Shown here: positions 12,187 through 25,641 of the stretch, piece by piece | How positions within the stretch are numbered: the stretch's first letter is position 1 | How the letters are laid out: every line of letters starts with the position of its first letter | Assembly (NCBI GenBank): GCA_043228905.1 | Contig: JBHGNT010000002.1 | Location: 10,664,001-10,728,000, forward strand | Source: Azolla caroliniana | Taxonomy: Eukaryota; Plantae; Polypodiophyta | Length of the DNA stretch: 64,000 nucleotides | Direction of reading: 5' to 3' | Made by a program: the position numbers and the translations under genes | Notes under the pieces: model-generated | Told to the model about the DNA's origin: nothing | Database searches by the model: none | What the model saw: only the letters and a program-made list of their open reading frames with translations

Positions 12187-12883
12187 ATTGCCTTTTATAA
12201 CATTTACGAGAATTCATTATATAAATGCTTTGTAGTTTAAGCTTGAGACTATGCACGGAAATAGTCTTCTTGAAAAAACTGCATACATATTCACTTGCAC
12301 AAGCCCTTTCCTTCATGATCACCATGCCTTTACATTTAAGGTACTGTGACTTTATACTAGAATTGTGTTTCTAGAAATTACGAGAAAATACCATTTTTAC
12401 ATTCAGAGGAAGAGGGAGTTTTTGTTTTATAAATATAATAATAATTGAAACACATACACAAACACACACACACACACACATTCCCTCTCTCTCTTCTTTG
12501 GAAGTTACATAATGATTAATGCTAAGATTAGATTTTTTTCATCCTAATTTGTATTAGGTTCCTTATTTGCATCATTTGAAAAGGAAGGAAACCCTTATAT
12601 TCTATTTGGATGTTCCATTTAAAATATACTAGTATTACCCTTGATTTTTGTATAATTTTGTCCTTTTCAAATAAAGGGTGTTGCTAATAAAAGAATGTAA
12701 AAATCAAGGTAGGAATTTGACGAGTGTCATGCCCGTCTAAGGCCATTTTGCCCGTCAAAAACATACACCCAATAAAAATGTCCGTCAAGTGACATATAAA
12801 CTTACAATTTTCATTTTTCATGCGAAAGGCGCCCAAAAATTATACATGTCAAATGACATGCTAAAAATTTAGTTTCCATGTCA

Positions 12884-12952
<69 letters not shown>
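12884..12952. repeat. Compound (TATG)n(TA)n microsatellite
   Basis: Directly visible. Confidence 0.9.
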
Positions 12953-12954
<2 letters not shown>

Positions 12955-12956
<2 letters not shown>

Positions 12957-13400
12957 CTGTTGGGCAAAGGTTGAATTGGGAGTCGGGACTTTTGCCGACC
13001 GGCAGCAACCATTATGGGTAGTCAGAATCGATTGCGGCCAGGATTTCCGACCAATTGGAATCTAGTCGGATGAGCCGGCTATTTCTATAGTATATGAAAA
13101 TATTTATATTGTATATTTCTTCTAGTGTTTCATTCCCAAATTCCCCCCTCTTTCTATTTCCCCCTTGTTTTCTCTTTTCTTGCTTCCTTCTTCACGCTTC
13201 TTGTTCCTTCTTCAGGCGTTGCTCGTTGCTTTCCTTCATTGCTACTCCCTATTCCTTGGTTGTTACCCATTGCTCCCGGCACACTCACTACTCGTTGCTC
13301 CCTATCACTTCTCGGTGATTGCATGACATCTGTTGTTTGCCACTACACCACTTTGAAGTATGTATTTTGTCTCTTTTTTTCTCTTTCTCTCATTTTCTCT
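12955..13400 (+). mobile_element. Terminal fragment of a second hAT family, related to the end at 22632
   Basis: TGTTGGGCAAAG...GGGACTTTTGCCG...GGAATCTAG...CCGGCTATTT are shared with 22635-22785. Confidence 0.55.
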
Positions 13401-15347
13401 GTTTTTCTCTTTTATTGAATCTTTTTTCTTTGAAGGTTGCTCATGAGAAGTGTGTATGACAAAGTGGATTGCATTTTCTTTTATTCCCACAGAAATCTAC
13501 AATAGGAGAAGGACTAAGCAATTAGAGTGATTAGTTACATATGTTTGTCCAATATGGACTTATTGAAAGCCATAGAAAGCATGGAGGAGGTGAGATAGGT
13601 CTGATTGTTGATTGGATGAACTATTAATATGCACAAGTGATGCTAGAGGAATTTTAAGATACTCTAGGAAATATTTTGAAAATTTTAAAATTTTCATGCA
13701 CTTTCTAAATTGGAGGTTAATTTGATCTATTGAATCTTAATATTGGGGATATTTTGATTCTTAAAATTAGTGATTAGATTTTTTGTATTTATTGTATTGC
13801 TATAAGTCATAGAGTACAATAAGCACATCTTATTGTCACACATCATACAAGTACATATTGTATTGTATGAGTTAACAAAACTTTGATAGGGAACAAATAT
13901 CTTGTAGATGGTATGCTCATTTGGCCATATGAGCTTAGCGAAGAGGCTTACGACACTAATGCACGAATAGTTGGGAACAATATGTACATGAGCATGCATG
14001 GAGGGAAATTTATATGCAATATCCAAAATTCTTAGGTTATGCATATAAATTGAAGAAGGCATTGTATGTATTACCAACAATGAATATCAAGTGCATAATT
14101 ACGCATGGATTTGAAATATCGAAGTTTGTGTATATGTTAGTTAGTACAATGGAATCATTCTCATTGTGAATTGTGCGGATGTTTATATCCTTGAATGCTC
14201 AAGAGACATCAAACATTTGTTGGAGGGATATATTTAACCTTTGGTTTGAAGAGAAAGAGAGAAGGATAGTATCATAATTCATTGAAGTAGACACATATTG
14301 CACAATGCTTAATATGAGGAGTCACGGTATGACAAACATTTTTTTGTATTTTTTGGGCTTTAAGAAATATATGATGATTGAGTATTCAATTTGTATGGAT
14401 TTTTTTGTATGATTTCATTATCTTTGTCAGGTAGTTATGTTTATTTGTGTATCTTTATGTATTTTCTATGGTAATAAAATGTATAATAATGAAGCATCAT
14501 ATAGAGCTTTTCAATATTAAAACTTGTACGTCAAATAACATATTAGTTTTTGCACTCTCATGTCATATGACATACATCTTTAAAAAATGCCTGTCAAAAA
14601 ACTTAAAGACTAACCCGTCAAATTCAGGTCCTAGTAAAAATGAATGGCACATGTTATTCTTTAATTCTAAAATAAAGGACATTTGAAGTTTAAAACTGTC
14701 ATGGTAAATATGTATGAATGTTGTATGTGACCATCATTGTATAGCTTAACATTTTTCAAGTAGAAAAGCACATTGCTATAGTCGAGAAAATACTAGTACA
14801 AAAGCTTTTCTGTTGTTGTGTTTTGCTTTACAAAACTCGAAATTAATGTGGTGATTGGTGCTTATAGTGGTACACTTGGTGTGATAATGAAAGTTTCATA
14901 GTTCAAAGAGATAAAAGGTGAAATCTTTCCAAAAAACAAGCAAATCTCAACACATGCTACGACCCATTTATCCTTGTAAATTTTGACATTTCAATTTATT
15001 AACACATGGACAAGAATAAAATTCCCTCTTATTATTGTAAAGATGCCAAGCATGGGGGAAAGAGGGGATTTCATTGTTTAAGTTGAGTTTAACAACTGTA
15101 GACAACTACTAAGATTTCTTTCATTTTTATTAGTTTGCAATTGTTTGGTTTGAAGTGTCCTTACCCCAAAGAGAAAACAAAAAAACATTCAATCGTATAC
15201 TTTTTTGCCATAATGTTTCTTTCAGAAGTAGTTCAACATGTTCCTTACATACTTCTTGACTAAAATATGTCATAAAAAAGGTTTATCATCACATCCGACA
15301 ATCAAAGGTATGGGAAAATGAGTTCTCCGTTATCAGTAAAAGCAAAC

Positions 15348-15349
<2 letters not shown>

Positions 15350-15391
<42 letters not shown>
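15350..15391. repeat. (CT)n microsatellite upstream of AOC
   Basis: Directly visible. Confidence 0.9.
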
Positions 15392-15394
<3 letters not shown>

Positions 15395-15501
15395 TTTCTC
15401 TCTTTGAAATTTTATCTTCTATATATAACCTAATATATCCTCAGTCATGTCCATTTTGTTAACCCCGCCCGTTTGGCAAAACCAAATCTAGTTGTCTAGT
15501 A

Positions 15502-17044
15502 ATGAACCTATCTAGATCCATTTATATGTCAATATTCATAAAGATTGCTTCCCCTAACCTTTACTCCATCCTACATAATACTTCTATTGCCTCCTCCATG
15601 TTATTACTTGATGTGTCCTCATCAATCCATAATAGTAAGATTAATTATAGTCGTAGTGTTAAGTATTCTTCTAAAATAGAGTCAAGGAGTTCAATTGGTC
15701 ATAGGTTGTGGACCTCATTTCGTTGTGTTCATAGTGAGGCCCATATCAACGACCAAGACACTAGGACCAAGACAAGATTCGGTGAGTTTAGATTTAAATG
15801 AAAGAATGAAGGTTTATGTCATTACGATTCTAAAGTTTATATAAATAAATGATAACTAGATGAGCGAGTTCAAGAGATGCATGTTTATGAGCTCAATGAG
15901 AAAGACAGAGGTAGCCCGGCCTATCTACCTTTTAGTTTCAAGTTCGATTTCCGTAAATTACTCCCCAAAGGAGGATTGGGTGATTTGGTTCCGTTCACAA
16001 ATAAGGTAACTTCACATTGGTGTTAATTTAGCTATCATAATTGATTGCATCTCTCCTCGCCTGCATTGACATTGTTTAGTTCCAACACGTTCATAGAAAC
16101 AAGTATTGCCCACATTTACTCTCGCACCCGCCCATTGCTTACCAATTGAGGACTCTTATATGGGGGATGAAATGGTCATCCTTGTTCAAACACTTAGTTG
16201 CCACACTTAGGAAATGTTTATACTAAATGATACGTTCCACACCAACATCCCTAATTTATACCTCCAGTGAAACCGCTGATTACGGATGTTTGTACAAAAA
16301 TTTTAGTATCGAATATGACCCCATCTTCCACTAATTCTAGAAGACCAAACCCTAAGATCCCAAGATTGTAGTTTGCTCCAGATTAACTACATACCTACCA
16401 CATTGTTGTATGGATCAAACTCACTGACGGCCTCATTATGTTCATATACCTAGAAGAAGAGTGGCTACAGATTGGCCAAACCTAGATCTAAGCTTACAGA
16501 ATCTACTGTGCATTTATGCGCAGGTATACGATGGATCCTTGCAAATCAGATTAGGAATCACAGCCGGCCTATGCGTCCTCATCAAGAACTATCCGGAGAA
16601 AGGCGGGAATCGCTACGAAGCCACCTATAGCTTCTACTTTGGTGACTATGGCCACATCTCGGTGCAGGTAAAAAAACCAAACATGTCTATGTGTTTTTGC
16701 CTCCTCCCCCTACTCAATGGAGGAAGGATCTGTGCAGAATTGCATTAGTTTTGTAACTTAGGGGGCGGAGTTTTCATTGATGCAAGGGATCATATTTGAC
16801 ATTCGAGGATTCTTATTTGGCGGTCACGGGAGGCTCCGGAATATTCACGGGAGTGTATGGCAAAGTGAAGTTGTGTCAGATCCAGTTCCCCTACAAGATC
16901 TTCTACACATTCTACTTGCAGGGAATCGATAGCCTCCCGGAGCAGCTCACGCGGCCACACGTACCCCCGTCCACGTCCGTCAAGGCTTCGGATGCAGCAG
17001 CCCAATGCCTGCCGGGTGCCATTGTCCCTAACTTCACCGATTGA
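15502..17044 (+). CDS. AOC: Allene oxide cyclase (OPDA/jasmonate biosynthesis), 4 exons: 15502-15781, 15860-16005, 16524-16667, 16787-17044
   Basis: Spliced frame: Ser-rich transit-peptide-like exon 1, then [30 protein letters not shown]|[36 protein letters not shown]|[29 protein letters not shown]. All introns are GT-AG with consistent phases. The start could be a later ATG such as 15598. Confidence 0.95.
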
Positions 17045-19469
17045 TCGAATGAAACGAGAAGAAAATAAACTAATGCTCCCACGGTCGGGATCTAGTCCCC
17101 CCAAACCATACACCTTTCATTCACATCATGCATGCTGGACTAATTATCTCCACCCCCCAAATTTTATGTGGGTGGGGGGCTTGGTTCAATTATCTTTTCG
17201 AAGAGCTCAAATTGTCGATGGTTTTGATCTGCATCTAGTATGGCTTGTCTCATGTAGAGTACAACACCAAATGAAGTTATGGGTTTGTGTTTTTAAAGCA
17301 CTCATGGTTAAGTGTTGTGTTCATAGCGAAAAATCTTTATAAGTTTAGTTTGGGGTGCATGTCCACTAAAACGAGGTAACAACAGCATTGACATGGATTA
17401 CATTTTCCATATTAGAAGTATTAGAAAACAATGAAAGAAGAAGGAAATTGTGGAGAGGGGTATTTGATAGAATAAGAGAAAAGGTTATTTTGATGTTAAA
17501 GAAGAAGTATAACATGGGCGGCATTCCCCTAAATTCAGAAAATGGCCTTCCTCTTCTTTGTGCACACAAGCTAATTAAATAAACATTCTTGGGGCCATTT
17601 CATATTCTTGAATATTGCAAATATCATGCATGGAAAATATCACGAATATCACGCATGTGTCAATCTATGGGTAGTTTGTATTTTAGTATTCTGCACACGA
17701 AGCTAAAACTGTGAGGGTTAATCAATAGTATAAAGAAGGGACAATTACTTTCAATCCTAGGATTTGAGACAACCCTTAATGGCCAAGTGTGAACTTGCTT
17801 GGAGCCTTATCTATGGTTATAAAGATAGAGGCCTAGCTATGTTAATTTGACACATTATTTGACTATATTATCGAGACTACAGCTTTGTGGTTTACAGATT
17901 CTTGTTACGAGTGCACGTCAGTACCAAGTATGACTTAGTGGCATGGTGATGGTATGGCATGTTGTTCAAGGTTTGGGTTTGTCGCGATCCCTTCTCTCGG
18001 GGGTGGTCGGGTAGATTGGCACCCATCTTTTTCTCTCTCTCTTATCTATCCATCATCTATTTTCTTACTTTATGCTTACATTAGATATAACCTCTTGCAT
18101 ATATGAAGATGATAATATGAAATTGAACGTTGTCATTATTTGGCTTGTGTCAAGGATAAACAAGTCCAAACGTCAAGTTTGACAAGAGGGTACAAAAATC
18201 AAAACATCACCAAAACATAGCCCAAATTGTAAGAGATAAGTATTGGATCAAGGATTTGTGTTACAAGCATAATTGTAACCGTAGTTGTGGGCAAATTCAT
18301 AAAGAATCAACTTCAATGTTCGTGTTCACAAGTGGAAGGATTACGCATTCCACATTTAGAATGTAATTTCAGGCTATATACAAAAACTTGATACACCAAA
18401 TATCACACGTTATGAAAACGAGATAAAATCTTTGATATTTACTAACAATTAACCAATAATAGAAATCTTTCCTAGCTGTAGAATGATTATTTATAAATTT
18501 GATGTTTCTCGAAACAAAATGAACTTAAATCGATACACATCACAAATGAGTTATTAATTTAAGACGTTAGTTGAAATTTATATAAAAGTTGTTTCTAGAA
18601 CATTTTTTAAGTTACTGATATTAAAAACCAAATGTGATTAATAATGTAACGTGGTAAAGGTTTGTCTATTAATTTCTTCCATTGTCTATTAATTTAGTAT
18701 ACTTTTTTGAAAAAAGATAGATCTCTATGATGTCTAGATATAAAATGTAGTAACACCTTGACATATGGTTCAATGTGGCGTAGGTATTTGATATCTAGGT
18801 TAAAGAATCCCGATGAGTTTTAGGTGTGGGCATCTGACTTGATTTTTTTAGTGATTGATTTTCTAGTGGAGGATGTAATTTATGGTGATTATATGAACGA
18901 GTTTAAGGTCCCGAAATTAAACTTGTGGTTTGTTTTGCAAACTCAACTTTACGTTTTCTTCTCTATGTGTGTGTGATGTACCTTTGGGTGAAATTTATTG
19001 GACAAACTTTCCAGTGTAAGACAGGATTCCAAACACACACTTGTGGTCCCAAGTTCTAACAGTCTTCGGTTATCAAATTCTCTAGATTGTAGCAATATTT
19101 TAATAGTTGTGAGAAGAAACATCCTTACACCTAAAGATTCAATGTAATTCACATCCTAAAGTAACGTACGTATACTAACTTTTAAATGCATAACTGACAA
19201 CAATCCAATATTATCAAATAGATGCACTTCTGAAACCTAGATTTTCTGAGAGTGTATCTATACATTAACATATTTGCACACTAAAACATTGTAGCACATG
19301 GTAGAGAATTTAATGAAATTGTATACATCCTTCTAAAATAAAACGTTTGATAGAGTAAAACATAGTACAATGAAAATGTTAAAGACAAAACGTTTGATAG
19401 AGTAACAGTTAAAAGGACAAAACTTATTATTGTGAAAAGGGACATCACAATATAATAACGGGAATAAAA

Positions 19470-21831
19470 CATTCTATACAATTATGACATTGAAAAGGCG
19501 TCGAGTACTCTTGAAAGGTTTGCGCCACAAAATATCTTTGATCCATTGAATGAAACACGATGATCCGCCACAAGGATGTTGTGGTCAATTTTGTAAAGTT
19601 GTTTGAACCGAAATGGTTCATCATCATAGGATGATCCCGCCATACGAAAGCCGTATGGTATGTCTACAATCAAGAGTGTGTACTCTTACTTCATCAACTT
19701 CTAAACCATCTCTACCACATCCCTGCATTATACATTGTAATATAAATCTCGGGTGATATCCTTTTTGTGGCTAAACTTCTTGAAAATGTCATCATCTTCA
19801 ACGTCATACGCTTTAATTAGACGTCGGTACTTTTCTTTACGTGCCCTTTCCAAATGTGTGAGAAAGGATGTTGGAAAGTTGTGTATGTCTTTAACTTCAC
19901 TAGACTTTTTACTACGACACAGTTTCTACATATACCAACCAAAAAAGGAATTGTTACTTAAGATCTTTACTATACAAAATACTTAAATGCCAAAATAGAG
20001 TGAAATACTAACCCAATCTTTAAAAGAAATAAAATATTCCGACAAAGCCTTGTACAAGGACGTAGTCAGATAGTTTTTAGTCACTTGTTCCCATGAAAAG
20101 CAACTAAGTTGCTTCATCATCACCTCTTGGATGCTCATGTAAACCTTGTGACTTGAAAATCAAAGCAAATGTTAAAACTTATAACAATAAATAATCGGGG
20201 ACCACATACAATAGAAAAAAATGTTTATACTTGTTGAACTCTATGATCATTTCGTCTAGGCTTAGCTCTTTGGCCACAACCCGTGACAAGACAGAAACAA
20301 GTCGCAACTCCTCCTTAATGCTTTGCATGGCTCTCCACAAAGACAACTTCCTCAACGGTTAGGTCAATCTTTTTTGCGGCGGTGGACTTCAACTCAACTT
20401 GAGGATCAACCTTAGATTTTTTCTGTCTTTGACCTTTGACCTCTTTGTTCTCCCACATTGTGAAAATCTGAACTTGTAATCCCAGACATCTCCATCTCTA
20501 AACACTAGTTGGAACCATGACTCGTACTTTCTTATGCCATTAGACTTCATCGCGTCGTCTACCACAATTCCAACCTCATGAAGGCATTGAAGTCAAAGAT
20601 TGGGATGTAACTTCGGTCCAAATTTCGCCTTGACGTCCAAATATTCATGGTGGAAGAAGCTTATACACTCGATCGATGACATTTTTGCTCTGTAGTCATT
20701 GTTGTTGTTGTGGTCCCATGCCAGCAGCTTCACCTCTTCAATTGTTAGACCCACATATATTTTGCATTCAGCAAACTTGAGAGAAGAATGTTGTGTGATG
20801 TTCTCTAACAAGCTGTCTTCTTGCTTCAATCAAATGAGATCCCCCAATTACGAAGTAGTTATATTGATCGTGTTTTCGTACATTGAAATCTTCCAATGAC
20901 AAACATGCATTGGGATCAAACATTACAATAAATGGTACTACTGTCGCGTGGGGATTGATCATCTTCTTCTTGAGGTTTTGGACGTGTAATTGTGAGGCTC
21001 TCTAATTTCCAGTGGTCGACATCTAGTTCTCTCATCTGCAGGTGGGCGATGGATATGTGTGATTGGGAGGTTAAAAATATGGCCTTTACGCACAAGCTTC
21101 CTATAAATGATCTCCCTTTTGATATTAATTTGCTCGGAGGATAGCACACCAAATACCAATTCCGCTCTTGGTTTTGTCTGAGCCTCTTCGTCTTCGATTG
21201 AGCTCGAGGACTCTGAATTTGACATTTTGGTCACTTTCTTTTTCGGAGGCCTCGAGTGTGTGGAGGCGTTCCTAGGTGCTACTTTCATAGGAGAGGGTGA
21301 AGGCTCCTTCAAAGGCAGGTGCCCTTGTATATACGGCCGCAAGGTGACGATCAAGTTGCTCGTTGTCTCAATTACCAGCATGAAAGCCTCATGATCGTAT
21401 GAATCCTTCACTAGCCTATCCTCAGACACTTACATCTTGTGGACACCCTTTGTCGTATCTACTAATAATTTAAGATTTTGAGAGTCAGGGTCCGCGTAGT
21501 CTAATCTTAATATTTGACTGTAACTAAAAGGTCGATCTTGGGCAAGTTGTCCGCCCCCTCGGACCTCGTGCTATTAAGAGAATCACTTTCTTATTTGAGT
21601 CAACATACTGCATAGCCCACACATAATCAATGATATCTCTATCCGGTAAGGTTTCACCACCAACTTCTGCCACCATCCTCTTCTGCCTCACTTCGTCAGA
21701 CGGCTGTCGGATCACATCATCATCGAACAACAATTTCTTGCCCTTTAGAGGGTAGGTGACATCTGGGATTTTAGTCGTTTCCGTTGGGGAGCTTTGGTAA
21801 TTCAATCAAATCTTTTTAATTGGACACTCAT
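19470..21831 (-). pseudogene. Decayed intron-containing gene: ParB/Srx-like domain fused to a putative N6A/N4C amino-DNA-methyltransferase domain
   Basis: ParB-like segment HIFNLPITHIHRPP..HVQNLKKKMINPHATVVPFIVM..YFVIGGSHLIEARRQL..CKIYVGLTIEEVKLLAWDHN. GT-AG introns 20152-20230 and 19926-20012 keep one frame into YTLLIVDIPYG (DIPY at 19653-19664). Several stops and frameshifts. Confidence 0.65.
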
Positions 21832-24800
21832 CTTGTAGGTTGTTTGACTTGAAACAAAGAGGATGAAAATTCCATTGTTATTGTAGGATAAAAATGAAAT
21901 CTTCTACTACATTGTCCAAATACATAAAAATGAATGAAATTATATGAGAAGTCCATAAATTAGCCTAAACAAGGCAACATTTCCAAGTCTAAAACTCATC
22001 TTTAAAGATTATAGTCTGGTTACATTTAAATTTTATACTAACATTAGCTTAATTTGTGAAACAAATTCTAATTTTTGCCTATATAGAATCATAAATTTCA
22101 TACATAGAACCAAGGATGGTGGAAATTGTGGTGCATCTCAATACAATGTATCGAGTTCGTGCACATACAGGCACCAAATCAATACAAAGTATTGAGTTGA
22201 TGCTTCTATGTGCACCAAGTCGATGCAATTCATCAAGTTGTTACACATAGAAACGAGGTAGTGACATCTCAAAAGAGTGATAATTGATGTCAGAATCAAA
22301 TCGTCCGTGCAACTCAAGGTACCTACTTGGGGTCAGTCCTTTGGGTCTTCTTGCTTGACATGATTGTTGTTGCTCTAGTGCTTTGTTGTTGTATTGTTCT
22401 GGTGCTAAGGTGATCTCAAGTGTGCTTGTGTACTCTCCTGGAGATAGAATGAGGTGGTCCGCCTTTTTATTGGACAAAAAGTAAGGATGGTTAGTTAGTA
22501 TTAACCATAGTTAGTTATAGATTTATACATTAAAGTACATACACATGAAAGTTCTTGGAAATAACTGTAGTTAGTTATCGATTTTAACATTAAAGTACAT
22601 TTATAGTAATGTGCTTGCACGGAAGTTGCACCAGTGTTGGGCAAAGTCCTAGGAATAGTGTCAATGTTCCGGTTGGTTTGGGACTTTTGCCGGCCAAGGT
22701 GGGGGGCAGCCGGAATTGATTCCGGCTAGGTTTTCCTACCAACCGGAATCTAGCCGGTTCATATTTTTTGAACCGGCTATTTATATAGTTTGTGGAAATA
22801 AAAAGGTTAAAAAAAACATTTTTATTTACTCTTGAGTCTTTCCCCCATTTCCCCCTTTGCGTGTTTTTCCCCCCCTCCTATTTTTCTCCCTCTCTATCGA
22901 TTTCTGTCTCCCTCTTTGTCAATTTCTGTCTCCCTCTCTGTCAATTTCTGTTTTTGCTCACAACTCCCTCCTTATTGCTCCATGTCAATACTCCTTCAGA
23001 CTTCATCATTGCTCATTCCTCCTTCCTCGTTGATCGCCGCTCACCGATTGCTGCTTCTTCCTCGCTAATTGCCGCTCGTTGATCGCCGCTCACCGCGCGT
23101 TACTCCCTATTGCGGGGTGAGTGCACATTTTTCAATATTAGGGTCTTGTTACTTGTACCCTCTCTCTCTCCCTCTCTAAATATTGCCTTGTCTTACAACC
23201 AATTTTGGGGGTATTACCGAAGAATGTGCCTCTAGGGGAAAATAGGAAGACAAAACGTTTATTACATGTAACCCTTTTCGAATGCAAATTCAATGTATAC
23301 CATCCATGTTGCATGGCCTTGATTAAATTCTACGAGTGAAATATTCATTTTAGTATTTGTTTCAAGATCAAGAGAATGGATGGTTGTGCTCTATCCATTT
23401 TTTAATTTTGATCGTGTGCCAAACATATTTTCTCTCTCTATATATATCTTAAGCAAGAAAACTCGTCAAGAATCAACACTAAGAAATGGTTTTATTAAAT
23501 AAGAAAGAAAACTATCATTTACTAGTCTAACCATAGCATAACAATCATATTCTCCAAGAGAAAGTAGATTGGGAAGAATATATGTAATGACGACTTTGTT
23601 GCCTTAGAATTTTCATGATTTGAATACATACAATATCAATAGATATAGTTCTTTCTATGGCTCTCTAGTTAGTCATAAAAAGGCCATATCTAATTGAGCC
23701 CTATCCTACCCCACTAGGATTACTATGATGTATACATTGAATTTACGTTAGTCGAAGTATGACCTATCAAATAATTATATTTGACACTTCTAGGCAACAA
23801 CTTGCTTTAAATTGCTTCTTTGAATTGATATTATGTTACGGTTCAATTTTTGTTTGGAAACTCCTTGTGATTTTTGAATTGTTGTTTACTTTCCTTTCAC
23901 TTAACACAATAGCCTTGATAAGGAGAGACATATATTACACATTTATTTTGAAACAAACAACTCGATTGTTGTCCATGGGTGTAATTAGATAGTGTTTCCT
24001 TGACGACTCTCCGTAGAGAAGTCATCCGAGAAGCTTAGAAGGGGAAGATACTAGAAGTGCAACAACCCCAAAAGCATGCCAACCATTGTTAAGAGAAGTA
24101 TCAAAGAAAATAAAGCACAAAGAGGAAAATAAATTAAAAGGTGGGAGAATAATTAAATGGGGATCCTCATCAAGAGTTGAGTTTTGGAAGTTAGAACTCC
24201 TTTTCCTCTTTCAAAATTTTGTCCTTGCTTTATTCTCTTGCACACAAATCTCGTCCCTCGATAGCGCATGGAACTTAATTGTTAACTCAACTAGTGATAA
24301 TGGGAGGGAATAGAATGTTTAACTAATATTAATGAGGTGTGAGCTGATTGAAAAGTGGGTTACCATACTGATCCACCCAAATTTATTCTGATTTCACAAC
24401 ATCTCACTTATTGTTTCATAATGTAGTAGGAGATTATTACCTTGGCATTTCACATTCTATACCAACAACTCTAGAAGGTTCTCAATCAACAAGCGTGTCT
24501 GCAAGTTTTGGGAATCTATCTATCATGAGAATCCTCCAACATTGAGAACAAGAGCAATTTGATGGGTAGTTGTAACTTCCCATAAATAGTGAGGGTTGTC
24601 ATAACCACACTTTTGAATCCTAAAAGGCTATGACACAACACAAAGTAATTCAAGAGAGGTTTGCCATAACACTTTTGAATTTTAGGAGACTATTTCCCAA
24701 CACGTTGTAATTCAATGACTTTCAGGAATACCATTACTTTTAGCTAGAATTTATATCTATAATTGAGATCAAGCATATTCTAAAGTGCATGATCTATACA

Positions 24801-25120
24801 TTAAAAAGCCATTGCTCTTATTATATGGTTCTTAAGCACAAGTCTCTTCACCATCAACAAATGCATCATGGTACATAAAGAATGTGTGTTCATTAAAATT
24901 AGGGGGTATAGGAATCCAAAGAATCACTGTGATTAATTAGTAGCATTAGTACAATGCACCTATTCAATATTAGTAGCCTCGTAATCTTCCATATATAAAT
25001 AGATGTGTTGTCCAATTACTCGCAAAGAGATCTTTTCTCAAACTTGTGTTTTGTGTGTGTGTAGCAAAAAAAGAGAGGCTAGCAAACAAGTTGAATGTTG
25101 GGGTTGGATGGATCCACCAC

Positions 25121-25210
25121 GAAGACTTCATAGTTCATTAAACATATATATACCAAACATGGAGACTTCATAGTTCATTAAACATATATATGCCAAACAT
25201 GGAAACTTCA
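25121..25210. repeat. 40-bp tandem repeat, ~2.3 copies
   Basis: G(A/G)AGACTTCATAGTTCATTAAACATATATAT(A/G)CCAAACAT repeated. Confidence 0.85.
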
Positions 25211-25641
25211 GAGTTAATCCAAACGTGAATAATTCATACATAACCTTTACCAAGGAAATAAATTTGACCAAGAGGGAGAGTACGTTTCATTGTTATTTTT
25301 ATCATTTGTTTCTTGGTAAATATATTATTTACCTCTAAGATGCCTTCAATATTATTTGCAATATATTTGTTCCCTCAATTTCTTTCACATTTACATACAT
25401 GGATTTGCATGTGCGTGTAAGCTAATGTGAAGCTTCCTCTTTTGTCTTTATTTTTTTATAGATTGGAAGATCCATAGTGGAAACTCAATCCTTTATAGCT
25501 TCGTAATCTTCCATATATTCCAGGTATTTTAATTTGCTTATTCTCTTTGGAAAACATGGATTGTGTATGTATGTTTCACTTTCTTGTAAATGGAAATTAT
25601 AGGTTATGATAGTCAAATATACTCTACCTTATTGTTACAGT

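Larger units (their letters stand above)
12705..14633. mobile_element. Non-autonomous hAT-type DNA transposon (~1.93 kb)
   Basis: Imperfect TIRs CAAGGTAGGAATTTGACGAGT / ACCCGTCAAATTCAGGTCCTA; perfect 8-bp TSD GTAAAAAT at 12697-12704 and 14634-14641; subterminal CCGTCAA repeats. Confidence 0.8.

Noticed and set aside
18949-19152. RRLLELGT as a possible SAM-binding motif completing the methyltransferase
   Set aside because: It does not fit D/E-x-F-x-G-x-G, and I found no clean splice path from the DIPY exon.
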